From assembly GCA_025062295.1 (NCBI GenBank), contig JANXAJ010000003.1, positions 16,099 to 80,098 of the forward strand: a DNA stretch of 64,000 bases, read 5' to 3'. This stretch comes from Bacteroidia bacterium (GTDB taxonomy: Bacteria; Bacteroidota; Bacteroidia; SpSt-205). Positions 29,780 through 39,545 of this stretch are shown in pieces. The position numbers and the translations under genes were made by a program. The notes under the pieces are model-generated. The model saw only the letters and a list, made by a program, of their open reading frames with translations, ran no database searches and was not told the origin of the DNA. Position 1 is the first letter of the stretch. Every line of letters starts with the position of its first letter.

Positions 29780-29812
29780 ATATCAACCCCCTTTGCATAT
29801 ATTTGTGGCGGC

Positions 29813-31825
29813 ATGCGACAGTATGCACTTCTCTGGAGTGCTGGGCTGGCTACTTTGCTCGCACAGACTGCTAAGGTCCGAAAGCTTCTTGCTGAAGCTG
29901 ATCAGGAGTACTACGTCTATCGCAACCCCGAAAAAGCTGCTGAATTGTACCAAAAAGTACTAGCCCAAGACCCAAATAATCAATATGCAGCTTATCGCCT
30001 TGCCCGCTGCTACTGGTACACTAATGAGACAGAGAAAGCGATAGAGGGATATCAAAAAGCCCTCTCAATGAATGCGGAGGCAAATGACACGATTTATTTA
30101 GATTTAGGGATTGCTCAAAAGAAAGCGGGGCGATATGCAGAAGCCCGAGAATCTTTCAATGAGTTTCTTCGGCGGCATAAAGCCCAGGATATTCTGCGAA
30201 AGCAAGCGGAAGTGGAGCTGGAGGGATGCCGATTGGCTGAGCGCCTCCTGGCAGAGCAGCCAGATTATGAGCTAAGGGCTCTCTCCGCTCTCAACTCTCA
30301 ATCCAGCGACTATGCCCCCTCTCTCTTCGTAGTAAAAGGTGATACCTTTATCATCTTCACAAGCCACCGAACAGGCGGTCAAGGCACAGCTCGCTTCTCA
30401 GAATATGGAGAGGCTTCCTACTCAGACCTCTGGGTCGCTCAGATGAAAAGTGATACTCTTTTCATGGGACGAATGGTAGGCAAAGTTCAAAATTTGGGCA
30501 AGAAAGTGAATACTGCCGCTAATGATGGAGGAGCTGTTATCTCACCCGACGGACTTGTTATGTACTACAGCATCTGCGGGGAGGGTAAGTACCGAAAGAT
30601 ATGGGGATGTAGCATTTATCAAAGCACCTATGACCCTCAGAAAAAAGAGTGGGGACCCTTTGAAAAAATAGAAGCTTTGTCAGGAAAGAGGGAAGTCGTA
30701 GTCAATTCCCGAGGAAAGAAGAAACTTGTTCCTACTTATGATGCCCAGCCCACGCTGACCCCGGACGGCAATATCATGTATTTTATCTCCGATAGGGATG
30801 GAGGTCTGGGAGGCACTGACATTTGGTATGCTCAAAAAGTAGGTAACGAGTGGAGTGCTCCCGTTCATGCAGGCAAGATTATCAATACGCCTTTCAATGA
30901 GATTTACCCTCATGTCGGACGAGATGGCAAAACGCTATATTTCGCCTCAGATGGACATCCAGGACTAGGAGGCTATGACATATTTAGAGCAGAGGGGCGT
31001 TTAGCTGCATGGCAATCCGTCCAAAATCTGGGAGCTCCCATCAACTCCTCTTATGATGATTTCTCTCTCTACTGGGTCCGACAGGATACTCTGGGTTTCC
31101 TCGCCTCTAACCGCCCAGGGGGGAAGGGAAGAGATGACATTTACGTAGTGAAGCGTATCCCTCGTATCAAGATTGAATTGGCTGTACAGGGCACAGTTCG
31201 GGACGGTTCCACTAAACTTCCTATTCCTTTCGCTACAGTTACTCTTTATGAAATTAAGGGAGATCGCTTGCTCCCTTTAGATACTTTCAATACAGATCAA
31301 AGTGCCCGATATCGCTTTACTTTAGAGCCGGGTAAAGACTATCGGTTGATTGGAAATGCGCCTGAGTACCTTGCAAATGAAGTAAGTGTCTCAACAAGAG
31401 ATGCCACTAAGTCCATGGAACTGGAAGCAGATATAGATATCTATTTGGATCGCATAGAAATCGCTCGTCCGATTGTACTTCAGAACATTTATTTTGACTT
31501 TGATAAGTATGATATTCGCCCAGATGCAGCGACTGAGCTAGACCGATTGGCAGTGCTTCTGCAGAATAATCCATTCTTACGCATCTTGATAGGGGCTCAT
31601 ACAGATACGAATGGCAGTGAAAAGTACAATTTAGTACTCTCTGAAAATCGGGCTAAATCCGTGGTCAAATATCTAACAGAGAAGGGGATTAATCCTCAGC
31701 GTCTGACAGCAATTGGATATGGGGAATCTCAGCCCCTGATTTATCCTGAACTTTCGGATGCGGATGAGCAAGCGAATCGCCGAGCAGAGTTTCGAATTTT
31801 GAGCCTGGACTTTGCAGAGAAATGA
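29813..31825 (+). CDS. Outer-membrane associated TPR / PD40 / OmpA-domain protein (paralog of 12511-14469)
   Basis: Same architecture as the 12511-14469 gene. C-terminal OmpA domain (FDFDKYDIRPDA...NRRAEFRIL). Confidence 0.75.
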   Translation: MRQYALLWSAGLATLLAQTAKVRKLLAEADQEYYVYRNPEKAAELYQKVLAQDPNNQYAAYRLARCYWYTNETEKAIEGYQKALSMNAEANDTIYLDLGIAQKKAGRYAEARESFNEFLRRHKAQDILRKQAEVELEGCRLAERLLAEQPDYELRALSALNSQSSDYAPSLFVVKGDTFIIFTSHRTGGQGTARFSEYGEASYSDLWVAQMKSDTLFMGRMVGKVQNLGKKVNTAANDGGAVISPDGLVMYYSICGEGKYRKIWGCSIYQSTYDPQKKEWGPFEKIEALSGKREVVVNSRGKKKLVPTYDAQPTLTPDGNIMYFISDRDGGLGGTDIWYAQKVGNEWSAPVHAGKIINTPFNEIYPHVGRDGKTLYFASDGHPGLGGYDIFRAEGRLAAWQSVQNLGAPINSSYDDFSLYWVRQDTLGFLASNRPGGKGRDDIYVVKRIPRIKIELAVQGTVRDGSTKLPIPFATVTLYEIKGDRLLPLDTFNTDQSARYRFTLEPGKDYRLIGNAPEYLANEVSVSTRDATKSMELEADIDIYLDRIEIARPIVLQNIYFDFDKYDIRPDAATELDRLAVLLQNNPFLRILIGAHTDTNGSEKYNLVLSENRAKSVVKYLTEKGINPQRLTAIGYGESQPLIYPELSDADEQANRRAEFRILSLDFAEK

Positions 31826-31836
31826 GTATATTCTAA

Positions 31837-32136
31837 GGGGGGTGAGGGCGCCTGCGCCGAAGGTTATCCTTCGGAGGAAAGTCCGGGCGTCGGGAGCAAA
31901 GCTGCTTTCCGAAAGGAAAGACTACAGCTCGCAAGGGCTGTAGATGGATAGGGCCACAGAAAATATACCGCCCCTCTTTGGGGTAAGGGTGAAAAGGGAC
32001 GGTAAGAGCGTCCCGAAGGCAACCCCCAGCTGACGCAAGGCTAAGCAGCCAGCGATGACCGCTCCCAGAGCTGGCGGGTAAGCCGCTTAGAGAAATGCAG
32101 GCGTAGAAACAGAACCCGGCTTACCACTCACCCCCT
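31837..32136 (+). ncRNA. rnpB: RNase P RNA (bacterial type A, compact)
   Basis: P4 strand GGAGGAAAGTCCGGGC. GGTAAGGGTGAAAAGGGACGGTAAGAGCGTCCCG matches GGUAAGGGUGAAAGGGUGCGGUAAGAGCGCACC. ACAGAACCCGGCTTAC 3' P4 strand. P1 pairing GGGGTGAG / CTCACCCC closes the molecule. Confidence 0.8.
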
Positions 32137-32232
32137 CTTCCTTTTCCATGAATGCTCAACCCGTGTCGCACGAGAAAAAAATACTCCTCTTCCCTTGTGG
32201 GACTTTTCCTTAGACTGAAACTCAGTAAAACT

Positions 32233-33432
32233 CTACACCACCGACTGTATTCCTAAGCGATGAGCCACACGGGCAAAAGCTGCTATCGCTTGATCTATAT
32301 GCTCATCAGTGTGAGCAGCGCTCAGCTGAACCCTAATTCGAGCTTGTCCCTTCGGAACAACAGGATAGGAAAATCCAATCACATAAATCCCCTCCTGCAG
32401 GAGGGCATCTGCCATACGATGAGCAAGTACTGCATCATAAAGCATAATCGGAACAATTGGATGATCTCCGGGTTTGAGCGTGAATCCCGCGGCTGCCATA
32501 CCTGCTCGGAATCGGCGAGCATTTGCCTCTAGCCGATCCCTCAGCTCTGTCGTCTCTGAGAGCCACGAGAAAATCTCTATAGCTGTAGCCACTATCACAG
32601 GACTCAAGGAGTTAGAAAAAAGATAGGGACGGGAACGCTGACGCAGGAGTTCTATAAGGGGGGCGGGACCTGCTACGAATCCTCCCATCGCACCTCCTAA
32701 AGCTTTGCCCAAAGTCCCTGTAATCACCAGCCGAGGAGAGCCCAAGATTCCAAACTTCTCAGGAGTACCGCGCCCTGTCTGCCCAACAAAACCCATGGCA
32801 TGAGAGTCATCAACTACGAGAAGAGCGTCATATCGCTGCCCTAGCTCCATGAGCTTATCTAAGGGGGCATAGTCTCCATCCATAGAAAATACTCCATCAG
32901 TAACTACGACCCTAAATCGTGCCGACTGAGCTTCCTTGAGTTTAGCTTCCAGATCTTCCAGATCTAAATGCCTATACACATATCGCCGAGCTTTAGAGAG
33001 ACGAATACCATCTATGATGCTGGCATGATTGAGTTCATCTGAGAGAATAGCATCCTCAGGACCGAAAAAAGGCTCAAATATACCCCCATTTGCATCAAAG
33101 CAAGCTGCATACAGAATAGCATCTTCACAATGCAAAAACCGAGCAATTGTCTGCTCCAGCTCCCTATGAATTGTCTGAGTGCCGCAGATAAATCGCACCG
33201 ACGCCATTCCGTATCCCCATCGGTCAAGCGCTCGGTGAGCCGCTTCTATTACCCGAGGATGAGCAGCTAAGCCAAGATAGTTATTGGCGCAAAAGTTAAT
33301 CACTTTTCTTCCATCTGCCAGAGTAATTTCTACACCTTGGGGAGAAGCTATAAGTCTCTCCTCTTTATACAAGCCAGCGGCTCGGATAGCTTCTATTTCC
33401 TTTTTTGCCCACTCTAAAAGTCCCAATCCCAT
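32233..33432 (-). CDS. kbl: Glycine C-acetyltransferase (2-amino-3-ketobutyrate CoA ligase)
   Basis: Near full-length collinearity with E. coli Kbl (MASVRFICGTQ, SDELNHASIIDG, DDSHAMGFVG, TGTLGKALGG, YPVVPKGQARIRVQLSAAHT). Confidence 0.85.
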   Translation of the reverse strand: MGLGLLEWAKKEIEAIRAAGLYKEERLIASPQGVEITLADGRKVINFCANNYLGLAAHPRVIEAAHRALDRWGYGMASVRFICGTQTIHRELEQTIARFLHCEDAILYAACFDANGGIFEPFFGPEDAILSDELNHASIIDGIRLSKARRYVYRHLDLEDLEAKLKEAQSARFRVVVTDGVFSMDGDYAPLDKLMELGQRYDALLVVDDSHAMGFVGQTGRGTPEKFGILGSPRLVITGTLGKALGGAMGGFVAGPAPLIELLRQRSRPYLFSNSLSPVIVATAIEIFSWLSETTELRDRLEANARRFRAGMAAAGFTLKPGDHPIVPIMLYDAVLAHRMADALLQEGIYVIGFSYPVVPKGQARIRVQLSAAHTDEHIDQAIAAFARVAHRLGIQSVV

Positions 33433-33480
33433 AAAGCGAAGATACAGAGAAGGGGGTTATATTAGCTTATCTTTGTCCTC

Positions 33481-34995
33481 GTGGATACCCTTCTCCCGCT
33501 TTTACTTTCCCTTAGCCATGTAGTAGTGTATCCTACGGGCGCCTTGTACCGCTACACTGGGATAATCTCTGCCCGCAAAGGATGGACTACTTTTATATGG
33601 ACAGAATTGCCCCCCACCACCGATCCTCAGAGCCTGCGGGTCTCTTTATCAGGCTCCGCAAAAGGATTTATCGCTCAAACAGCTATAGAACCTTTCACCC
33701 CCCAAAAAATGGACTTGCCCGAAGATGTGAAATATCTTCGTCGAAAAGTGGATTCTTTAGAGAATTTGTTCTCAAAAGCTCAAAATCGGCTCACCATTCT
33801 CAGCCTTCAAGAGAAGACTCTCTCAGACAATATTCAGTTAGGAGGAGAGGAAGGTACGACCTGTCCCGAAGAGGTAGAGAGGTATCTCCTTCTCATAGAG
33901 AAAAAGCTTTCTCAGATTTTAGAGGAGCGATTCTCGATAGAGAGGCGACGGGCAGTTATAGCAGAGAGCCTTGAGCGGTACAAGAAGGCTTATGAAGCGC
34001 GGCTGGGGGGGTTAGAGAGCCAGCGAGCTGTCTTAGTCATGAGCTATTGGGCGCCAGAGCCAGAGGTCGTGCCAATCCGAGTAGAACTCAGCGGACCCAG
34101 TGCAAGTTGGAGCTTGACCTATCGGGTGCGAGCTTTTCCTGGTCAAGGACAAGTGATTTTTCAGCGGTGGGCAGCTGTTCAGAATCGCTCCGGTGAAGAT
34201 TGGGGACCCGTTCAGGTTACTCTTTCCACTGCCATTCCCTGGCTCTCTTCTCAAATGCCGCCTTTCTCCCCTTGGTATGTGGATATTGCTTCCCCTCCTC
34301 AACCGACTGCAGAGAGAAAAGCGTTTCTTCTCCAAGAAGAAGGTGCCGCCGAAGAAAAAGCAGATGCGAACCCTGTCTTTCTCTCCGAGCAGACGCTCTC
34401 TCGTACTTACGAAATAGGGCTTCAACGCATTCCAGCTGGCGAACGCATGGCTCGTTTTCTGCTAAAAGCAGACACACTTTCAGCAATTTTCCGATTCTTT
34501 GTGAATGCACCCGCCGAAGAAGCGGCATACTTGCGTGCAGGCTTGAAATTAGAAAGCCTCTTTCTTTGGGAAAAAGCCCCAGCCGTGATTGAAGTAGATG
34601 GGACAGAGGTAGGACATAGTGTATGGCCGCCCTCTTTTTCGGAGGACACAGTCTGGCTAGATATGGGCAAATCTGCTCAAGTGCAAGTCAGCCGAACCGA
34701 AATCCAGAATCGCCGTGAAGAGCGTTCATTCGGCACCATTCATCACCTCTTCGAATACAAACTGCGCCTTACTCATACCTATCCCAAACCTATTCCTCTT
34801 ACCCTCTGGGATCACTTGCCAGTGAGTCGCCACTCCGACATTAAGGTAGAACCGATAGAGTTAGGGGGAGCCTTGCTTGAAGCGGACAAAGGCCTACTAA
34901 GATGGGAGCTGAATCTGGAGCCAAATCAGGCTTGGGAGCGATCCTTTCGTTTCGTTGTGAAGTACCCTCGCCAGAGACCTATTAGCGGCTTGTGA
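33481..34995 (+). CDS. Hypothetical 504-aa protein (possibly DUF4139/DUF4140-like), translationally coupled to the downstream gene
   Basis: Intact ORF with a coiled-coil segment near the N-terminus. Stop overlaps the next start (ATGA). Confidence 0.4.
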   Translation: MDTLLPLLLSLSHVVVYPTGALYRYTGIISARKGWTTFIWTELPPTTDPQSLRVSLSGSAKGFIAQTAIEPFTPQKMDLPEDVKYLRRKVDSLENLFSKAQNRLTILSLQEKTLSDNIQLGGEEGTTCPEEVERYLLLIEKKLSQILEERFSIERRRAVIAESLERYKKAYEARLGGLESQRAVLVMSYWAPEPEVVPIRVELSGPSASWSLTYRVRAFPGQGQVIFQRWAAVQNRSGEDWGPVQVTLSTAIPWLSSQMPPFSPWYVDIASPPQPTAERKAFLLQEEGAAEEKADANPVFLSEQTLSRTYEIGLQRIPAGERMARFLLKADTLSAIFRFFVNAPAEEAAYLRAGLKLESLFLWEKAPAVIEVDGTEVGHSVWPPSFSEDTVWLDMGKSAQVQVSRTEIQNRREERSFGTIHHLFEYKLRLTHTYPKPIPLTLWDHLPVSRHSDIKVEPIELGGALLEADKGLLRWELNLEPNQAWERSFRFVVKYPRQRPISGL

Positions 34996-36548
34996 ATCAG
35001 TCTGTTGCCCTTCTGGGAGTTGGAAGATGGGGTGCTAAACTGCTTCGCCTCCTCGTAGAGCGGCAAGCAGTGAGGTGGGTATGGACTCGCTCGCTAGAAA
35101 AGCATGCTGATCTTCAGTCTCTCTACCCGGAGCTTATATGGACAAGTCAAATAGAAGACCTATGGCGCGAGCCAGCATGTAAAGCGGTAGTTATTGCTAC
35201 TCCTGCTTCTACTCATCCCTCTCTTATAGAAGAGGCCCTCCAAGCAGGCAAAGATGTCTTCTGTGAGAAGCCTCTCGCCTTTTCCTCGCAGCAGCTTCAG
35301 CACCTGATAGAAATAGCAGAGACAAAAAAACAGCTTTTGATGGGCGGCCATGTCCTTCACTACCATCCCGCTATCCAGAGCCTGCGAAGACTGCTCCAAC
35401 AAGGCACGCTCGGAAAGCTACTCTCTTTTCGAGCTGAACGCGCAAGCCTGGGTAGATTCCCCCTCGCTGAAGATGCTCTATGGGGCCTGGCTATTCATGA
35501 CATCGCCCTTCTCTTTTACCTCATAGGAGAAGCACCAATCCAAAGTCACATTCAAGCACAGATTTCCCTTTCTCATGAAGCAGAAAGCGTCTGGATTTAT
35601 CTTCAGTATAAGTCTGGTATAAAGGGGGACATATTTGCGAGCTGGCTCTACCCTGAGCGAAAGCGCAAGCTTACTTTGATCGGCACGGAAGGAATGGTAG
35701 TCTTCTCTGAAGAAGGCACGCAACCCACTCTCCTCCTTTATAGACACCGAATTCAGTGGGAGCGGGGGCAGCACCCCCTTCTTCTCCCAGCCGAAGGAGC
35801 TGAACCTATTCCTTTTCCAGCCGAAGAGCCTTTGGCTAAAGAAATAGATCACTTTTTAGAGTGTCTTTCTACCCGACAGGAGCCTCTTACAAGTGCCCGC
35901 TCACTCCTCGCAGCTACTGCCTTAGCTGAGCGCCTCCACCGCCAACTCAAGCCAGAGCCTCAATCTATCCTCCCCTACTTCGTCCACCCCACCGCTATAG
36001 TAGATGAAGAGGTAGAGATAGGAGAAGGTACGCGAGTATGGCACTTTAGTCATATCCTAAAAGGAAGCCGAATAGGTAAAAATTGTGTGCTGGGACAGAA
36101 TGTAGTCGTCGGACCGTATGTCAAGGTGGGAAACAACTGCAAAATCCAGAATAATGTATCGCTATACTATGGTGTTGAGTTAGAGGATGGAGTGCTTTGT
36201 GGTCCTTCCTGCGTCTTCACAAATGATAAGTATCCACGCGCTTTCATAGAGCGTCGAAACGAATTTCTACAGACGAGAGTTCGTCGTGGAGCTACGATTG
36301 GGGCAAATGCCACCATCATGTGCGGAATCACGATTGGACGCTTTGCAATGGTAGGAGCTGGTGCAGTTGTTTTATACGATGTGCCAGACTATGCCCTTGT
36401 AGTTGGTAATCCCGCTCGTCAGGTTGGATGGGTCTGTGAGTGTGGAGAGACCCTCCAAGAAGTGAGCCCAGACCATCTATACTACTGTAGTCGGTGCGAT
36501 TTGAGCTATCAACGCACCTTGAAAGGACTGGAAAAGGTCTCCTCCTGA
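34992..36548 (+). CDS. Fusion protein: N-terminal Gfo/Idh/MocA NAD(P)-oxidoreductase and C-terminal left-handed beta-helix (hexapeptide) N-acetyltransferase (WbpB-WbpD / PglD-like)
   Basis: Rossmann LLGVGRWG and EKPLA motif in the N-terminal half. Hexapeptide repeats ([61 protein letters not shown]) in the C-terminal half. Confidence 0.7.
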   Translation: MNQSVALLGVGRWGAKLLRLLVERQAVRWVWTRSLEKHADLQSLYPELIWTSQIEDLWREPACKAVVIATPASTHPSLIEEALQAGKDVFCEKPLAFSSQQLQHLIEIAETKKQLLMGGHVLHYHPAIQSLRRLLQQGTLGKLLSFRAERASLGRFPLAEDALWGLAIHDIALLFYLIGEAPIQSHIQAQISLSHEAESVWIYLQYKSGIKGDIFASWLYPERKRKLTLIGTEGMVVFSEEGTQPTLLLYRHRIQWERGQHPLLLPAEGAEPIPFPAEEPLAKEIDHFLECLSTRQEPLTSARSLLAATALAERLHRQLKPEPQSILPYFVHPTAIVDEEVEIGEGTRVWHFSHILKGSRIGKNCVLGQNVVVGPYVKVGNNCKIQNNVSLYYGVELEDGVLCGPSCVFTNDKYPRAFIERRNEFLQTRVRRGATIGANATIMCGITIGRFAMVGAGAVVLYDVPDYALVVGNPARQVGWVCECGETLQEVSPDHLYYCSRCDLSYQRTLKGLEKVSS

Positions 36549-36723
36549 TTCTTCTCAGCGTCAGAAAGCTTCTATTAGCGTAGAAAGAGAATAGGAGAGC
36601 ATACTTATCCGTCTCGCCGAGTCTGCCCGAGGAAAAGCTGCATTTGCTATGACAACCCACCTCTACTCCTTTTCCTGTGCTTGAAAACAAGAAAAGCGAG
36701 CATTTTCCCCTGTCCCTTGCGCT

Positions 36724-38991
36724 CTACCGAAGGAGAGGTACCTTTTGAGTCCCTTCTGGGGTCTGAATGAGATAGAAGCCAAAAGGCAGCGGAATCCCTA
36801 TCTCCTCTTGAGGGAGTAATTTGCCCTTCTTCTGCAAGCGCCCTAAAAGGTCATAGACTGCATAATTACCACTGACCTGGGAAGCATTTTTTACATATAT
36901 CATTCCACTCTCTGACCTAACGCTCCAAAGTGAAGGAGGAGCAGCTATACCTATAGAGGCAGGAACCGTTCTTTTTCTCCCCAGAGCATATTCTCCTGGC
37001 AAGAGAGAATCGGCTATGATGCGTCCTCTTTTGTCTGTCAAGCTGCTACCCGGTTCTATAGTGTAGAAGCGCCATTCTTGCCAAGAAGCTCCTGCATAAG
37101 GGCGCCAGTAGAGAGCCAAAGAATCTTCCCCAAAGTTCAGCCATCCATAGTCCAAATAGGCTCCACTTCCCGCATCACTTCCATTATACGGAAAGAAAGC
37201 TCTCATAGCAACCGTAGAATCCCATAACCCATCTATTTGATAATACCGGGAAAGGGAGAGAGGGACTTCGCCCGCATCGTAGGCCCCTACCCAATGATGA
37301 GCCACATGAACCCAGACTGAATCGGTGGCAGGCAGTCCGACAGGGCGTAGAGTAAGATAGACACCGCTCAGGAAGGTATTTCCAGTGTTTTTGAGCCATC
37401 GGACAGCATGGGTAGAAGCATCGCTCACCTCGCCATTTGGAGAGAGGATAACTAAGCGTGGTTCAAAAGGGCAAAACACAACCGCCCGTCCGCTTGAGTT
37501 TCCGTCAGTAAAAAACTGTCCATAGAGAGTATCGCTCGGGCCTATTCCTCTCATGAAGAGAGTGAGGCGAGTAGGGGTGCGATAAGTAGGCTTGTCCCGT
37601 AGAGACCGCCGCCATACCACCCAAATGCTATCCAGTCCCTGGCGTCCGAAAGAATCTATGCGAAAATGAACTTCCCCCGGTTGACGCAGCCAATCATCAA
37701 AAAAGTCTTGGAGAGCGATCCCTGTGCTATCTTCTAAGACTCGCTGAAGGCTGTCCAGAGTTGTCAGACTATGCTTATAGCGAGTGGTATATGCCCGCAG
37801 CCCGCGGAAGTATAAGCTGTCTCCTATTTGATGACGCAGCGTATGAAGCACCGTGGCCCCCTTCTGGTAGGTAGCTATACCATAAGTATGCTCAAGGGGA
37901 ATCTGCGAAAGAGGAAATAATCCTTCTTCCCACTTGAGAAGGCGAAGAGTTCCTTCCAAGAACTCTCGGATGTGCTGATAGTAGCGATCTTTTCCAAAGA
38001 AGAGCTCATAGAAAAGAGCTTCTCCGTGAGTGGCGAACCCTTCTTTCAGAAATATTTGCTGCTCACTACTGCCCGTAACGGAATTGCCAAACCACTCATG
38101 ACAGAGTTCATGAGCCCAGAGCCAGTCATACTGGTTCGTATTTGCTATGATAACATTAGGATAGACGATGTGGGTGGAGTGCTCCATCGCCAAGGTGGTA
38201 ACCCCGGTTCCAACGAATCCGATTCGTCGATGAGGATAGGGACCGAATTTAATCTCCCAATCTCTAAGCAGAGACTTGAGGCGCTGAAAGGTTACATAGA
38301 CCCCTGCGCTGTCTTGACGACGCACCCAATACTGGATAGGGATGGTATCACCTACAGCTCGGATAAAAGTATCAGGAGCTAACACATATTCACCGACTGC
38401 GACTCCTGCCAGGTAAGCAGGAAGGGGATGGGGGACGTGCCAGTGCCATCGTCTCCACCCTATGCCGGCTATAGTAATGCTATCCAAAAGTCCATTCGCT
38501 GTGCCTGCTAAAGCCTCAGGCACTCGGAGATGAAAGCGATAAAAAGCTTTATGTCCAAATGTATCTACACATGGATGCCACGCTCGCCCAAAACTATGGG
38601 GAACATAGGCAAATGAGACTCCTACATTATATACTCCTCGGCTATCCCAGTAGAGCCCCCCTCTGCCTTGAGGATCGGAGAGCCCTTGTCCTCGGTAAAA
38701 AACTACAAGGGTCTCAGGTGAGCCAATTCCAGAGGGTAAAGAAATCTCTAAAAGACTATCATTATACGAAAAAGGAAGGGGTCCAAGTCGCCAGCAAACG
38801 GAGTCTATTGTATAACCTTGGAGGGTAAGTTGTAAGGATGAAGCCCCTTGAGCCTCTATCACAATCCCTGCCCGCCACTGCCACCACCGAGCCGAAAAGT
38901 CCACTGAGTCCAGCCACAAATCATACCCCACCACTCGTAGTCCCTGAGCCCATACAAGGCTTTCTGCAAGTATAATAAGGCTTAGTCGCAT
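36724..38991 (-). CDS. Secreted M1-family (aminopeptidase N-like) zinc metallopeptidase with T9SS C-terminal sorting domain
   Basis: Signal peptide. HELCHEWFGN ... E gluzincin motif. C-terminal about 70 aa (YAVYDLLGRLQKKGKLL...FYLIQTPEGTQKVPLLR) resembles the Por secretion tail. Confidence 0.75.
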   Translation of the reverse strand: MRLSLIILAESLVWAQGLRVVGYDLWLDSVDFSARWWQWRAGIVIEAQGASSLQLTLQGYTIDSVCWRLGPLPFSYNDSLLEISLPSGIGSPETLVVFYRGQGLSDPQGRGGLYWDSRGVYNVGVSFAYVPHSFGRAWHPCVDTFGHKAFYRFHLRVPEALAGTANGLLDSITIAGIGWRRWHWHVPHPLPAYLAGVAVGEYVLAPDTFIRAVGDTIPIQYWVRRQDSAGVYVTFQRLKSLLRDWEIKFGPYPHRRIGFVGTGVTTLAMEHSTHIVYPNVIIANTNQYDWLWAHELCHEWFGNSVTGSSEQQIFLKEGFATHGEALFYELFFGKDRYYQHIREFLEGTLRLLKWEEGLFPLSQIPLEHTYGIATYQKGATVLHTLRHQIGDSLYFRGLRAYTTRYKHSLTTLDSLQRVLEDSTGIALQDFFDDWLRQPGEVHFRIDSFGRQGLDSIWVVWRRSLRDKPTYRTPTRLTLFMRGIGPSDTLYGQFFTDGNSSGRAVVFCPFEPRLVILSPNGEVSDASTHAVRWLKNTGNTFLSGVYLTLRPVGLPATDSVWVHVAHHWVGAYDAGEVPLSLSRYYQIDGLWDSTVAMRAFFPYNGSDAGSGAYLDYGWLNFGEDSLALYWRPYAGASWQEWRFYTIEPGSSLTDKRGRIIADSLLPGEYALGRKRTVPASIGIAAPPSLWSVRSESGMIYVKNASQVSGNYAVYDLLGRLQKKGKLLPQEEIGIPLPFGFYLIQTPEGTQKVPLLR

Positions 38992-39109
38992 CTTACAAAA
39001 GTAAGCAGGGATATCCCAGACCTATCAAGCATGCCCCTTATAGAGAGGGAAATTCCTCAGCCTACGACAAAACGAAAGTGAGAATAAATTTTATGTACCT
39101 TAGGGAAGT

Positions 39110-39535
39110 ATGCCTATTCAGTATGGAAGCGCAGTTACTCTGCGATACACTCTATCAGACGAAACTGGATACATTTTGTATCAAGGGGATGAGCCTCTTC
39201 AATTTACGGTTGGAGCAGGAGACATCCTACCAGCTTTTGAAGCAGCACTGATAGGGGGAGAAGCAGGGGAAGTAAAGACATTCACTCTAACGCCAGAGCA
39301 AGCATTTGGTCCATATCAGCCTGAGTGGGTCTTTCGCCTGAGCCGACACCAACTGGAGGGATGTAGTGAAGAACCTATTTATCCTGGACAGGTGTTAATC
39401 CTCTCCACGCCAGAAGGAGACAGCGTGCAAGTACATGTACTAAGCGTAGATGAAGAAACGATCCAAGTGGATGCGAACCATCCCTTAGCAGGGAAGACGC
39501 TGACTTACACTGTGGAGATACTGAGAGTAGAGTAA
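39110..39535 (+). CDS. FKBP-type peptidyl-prolyl cis-trans isomerase (SlyD/FkpB-like)
   Basis: VTLRYTL....G...........P..F..G.G..LP.FE.AL.G...GE FKBP core. Confidence 0.8.
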   Translation: MPIQYGSAVTLRYTLSDETGYILYQGDEPLQFTVGAGDILPAFEAALIGGEAGEVKTFTLTPEQAFGPYQPEWVFRLSRHQLEGCSEEPIYPGQVLILSTPEGDSVQVHVLSVDEETIQVDANHPLAGKTLTYTVEILRVE

Positions 39536-39545
39536 AGGGAGGGGT

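Noticed and set aside
34033-34670. Cluster of overlapping small ORFs on both strands (34033-34425, 34193-34417, 34200-34592, 34217-34528, 34422-34670)
   Set aside because: All fall inside the 504-aa plus-strand ORF 33481-34995 and are Arg/Ser-rich shadow frames. No frameshift in the main ORF is required to explain the sequence.
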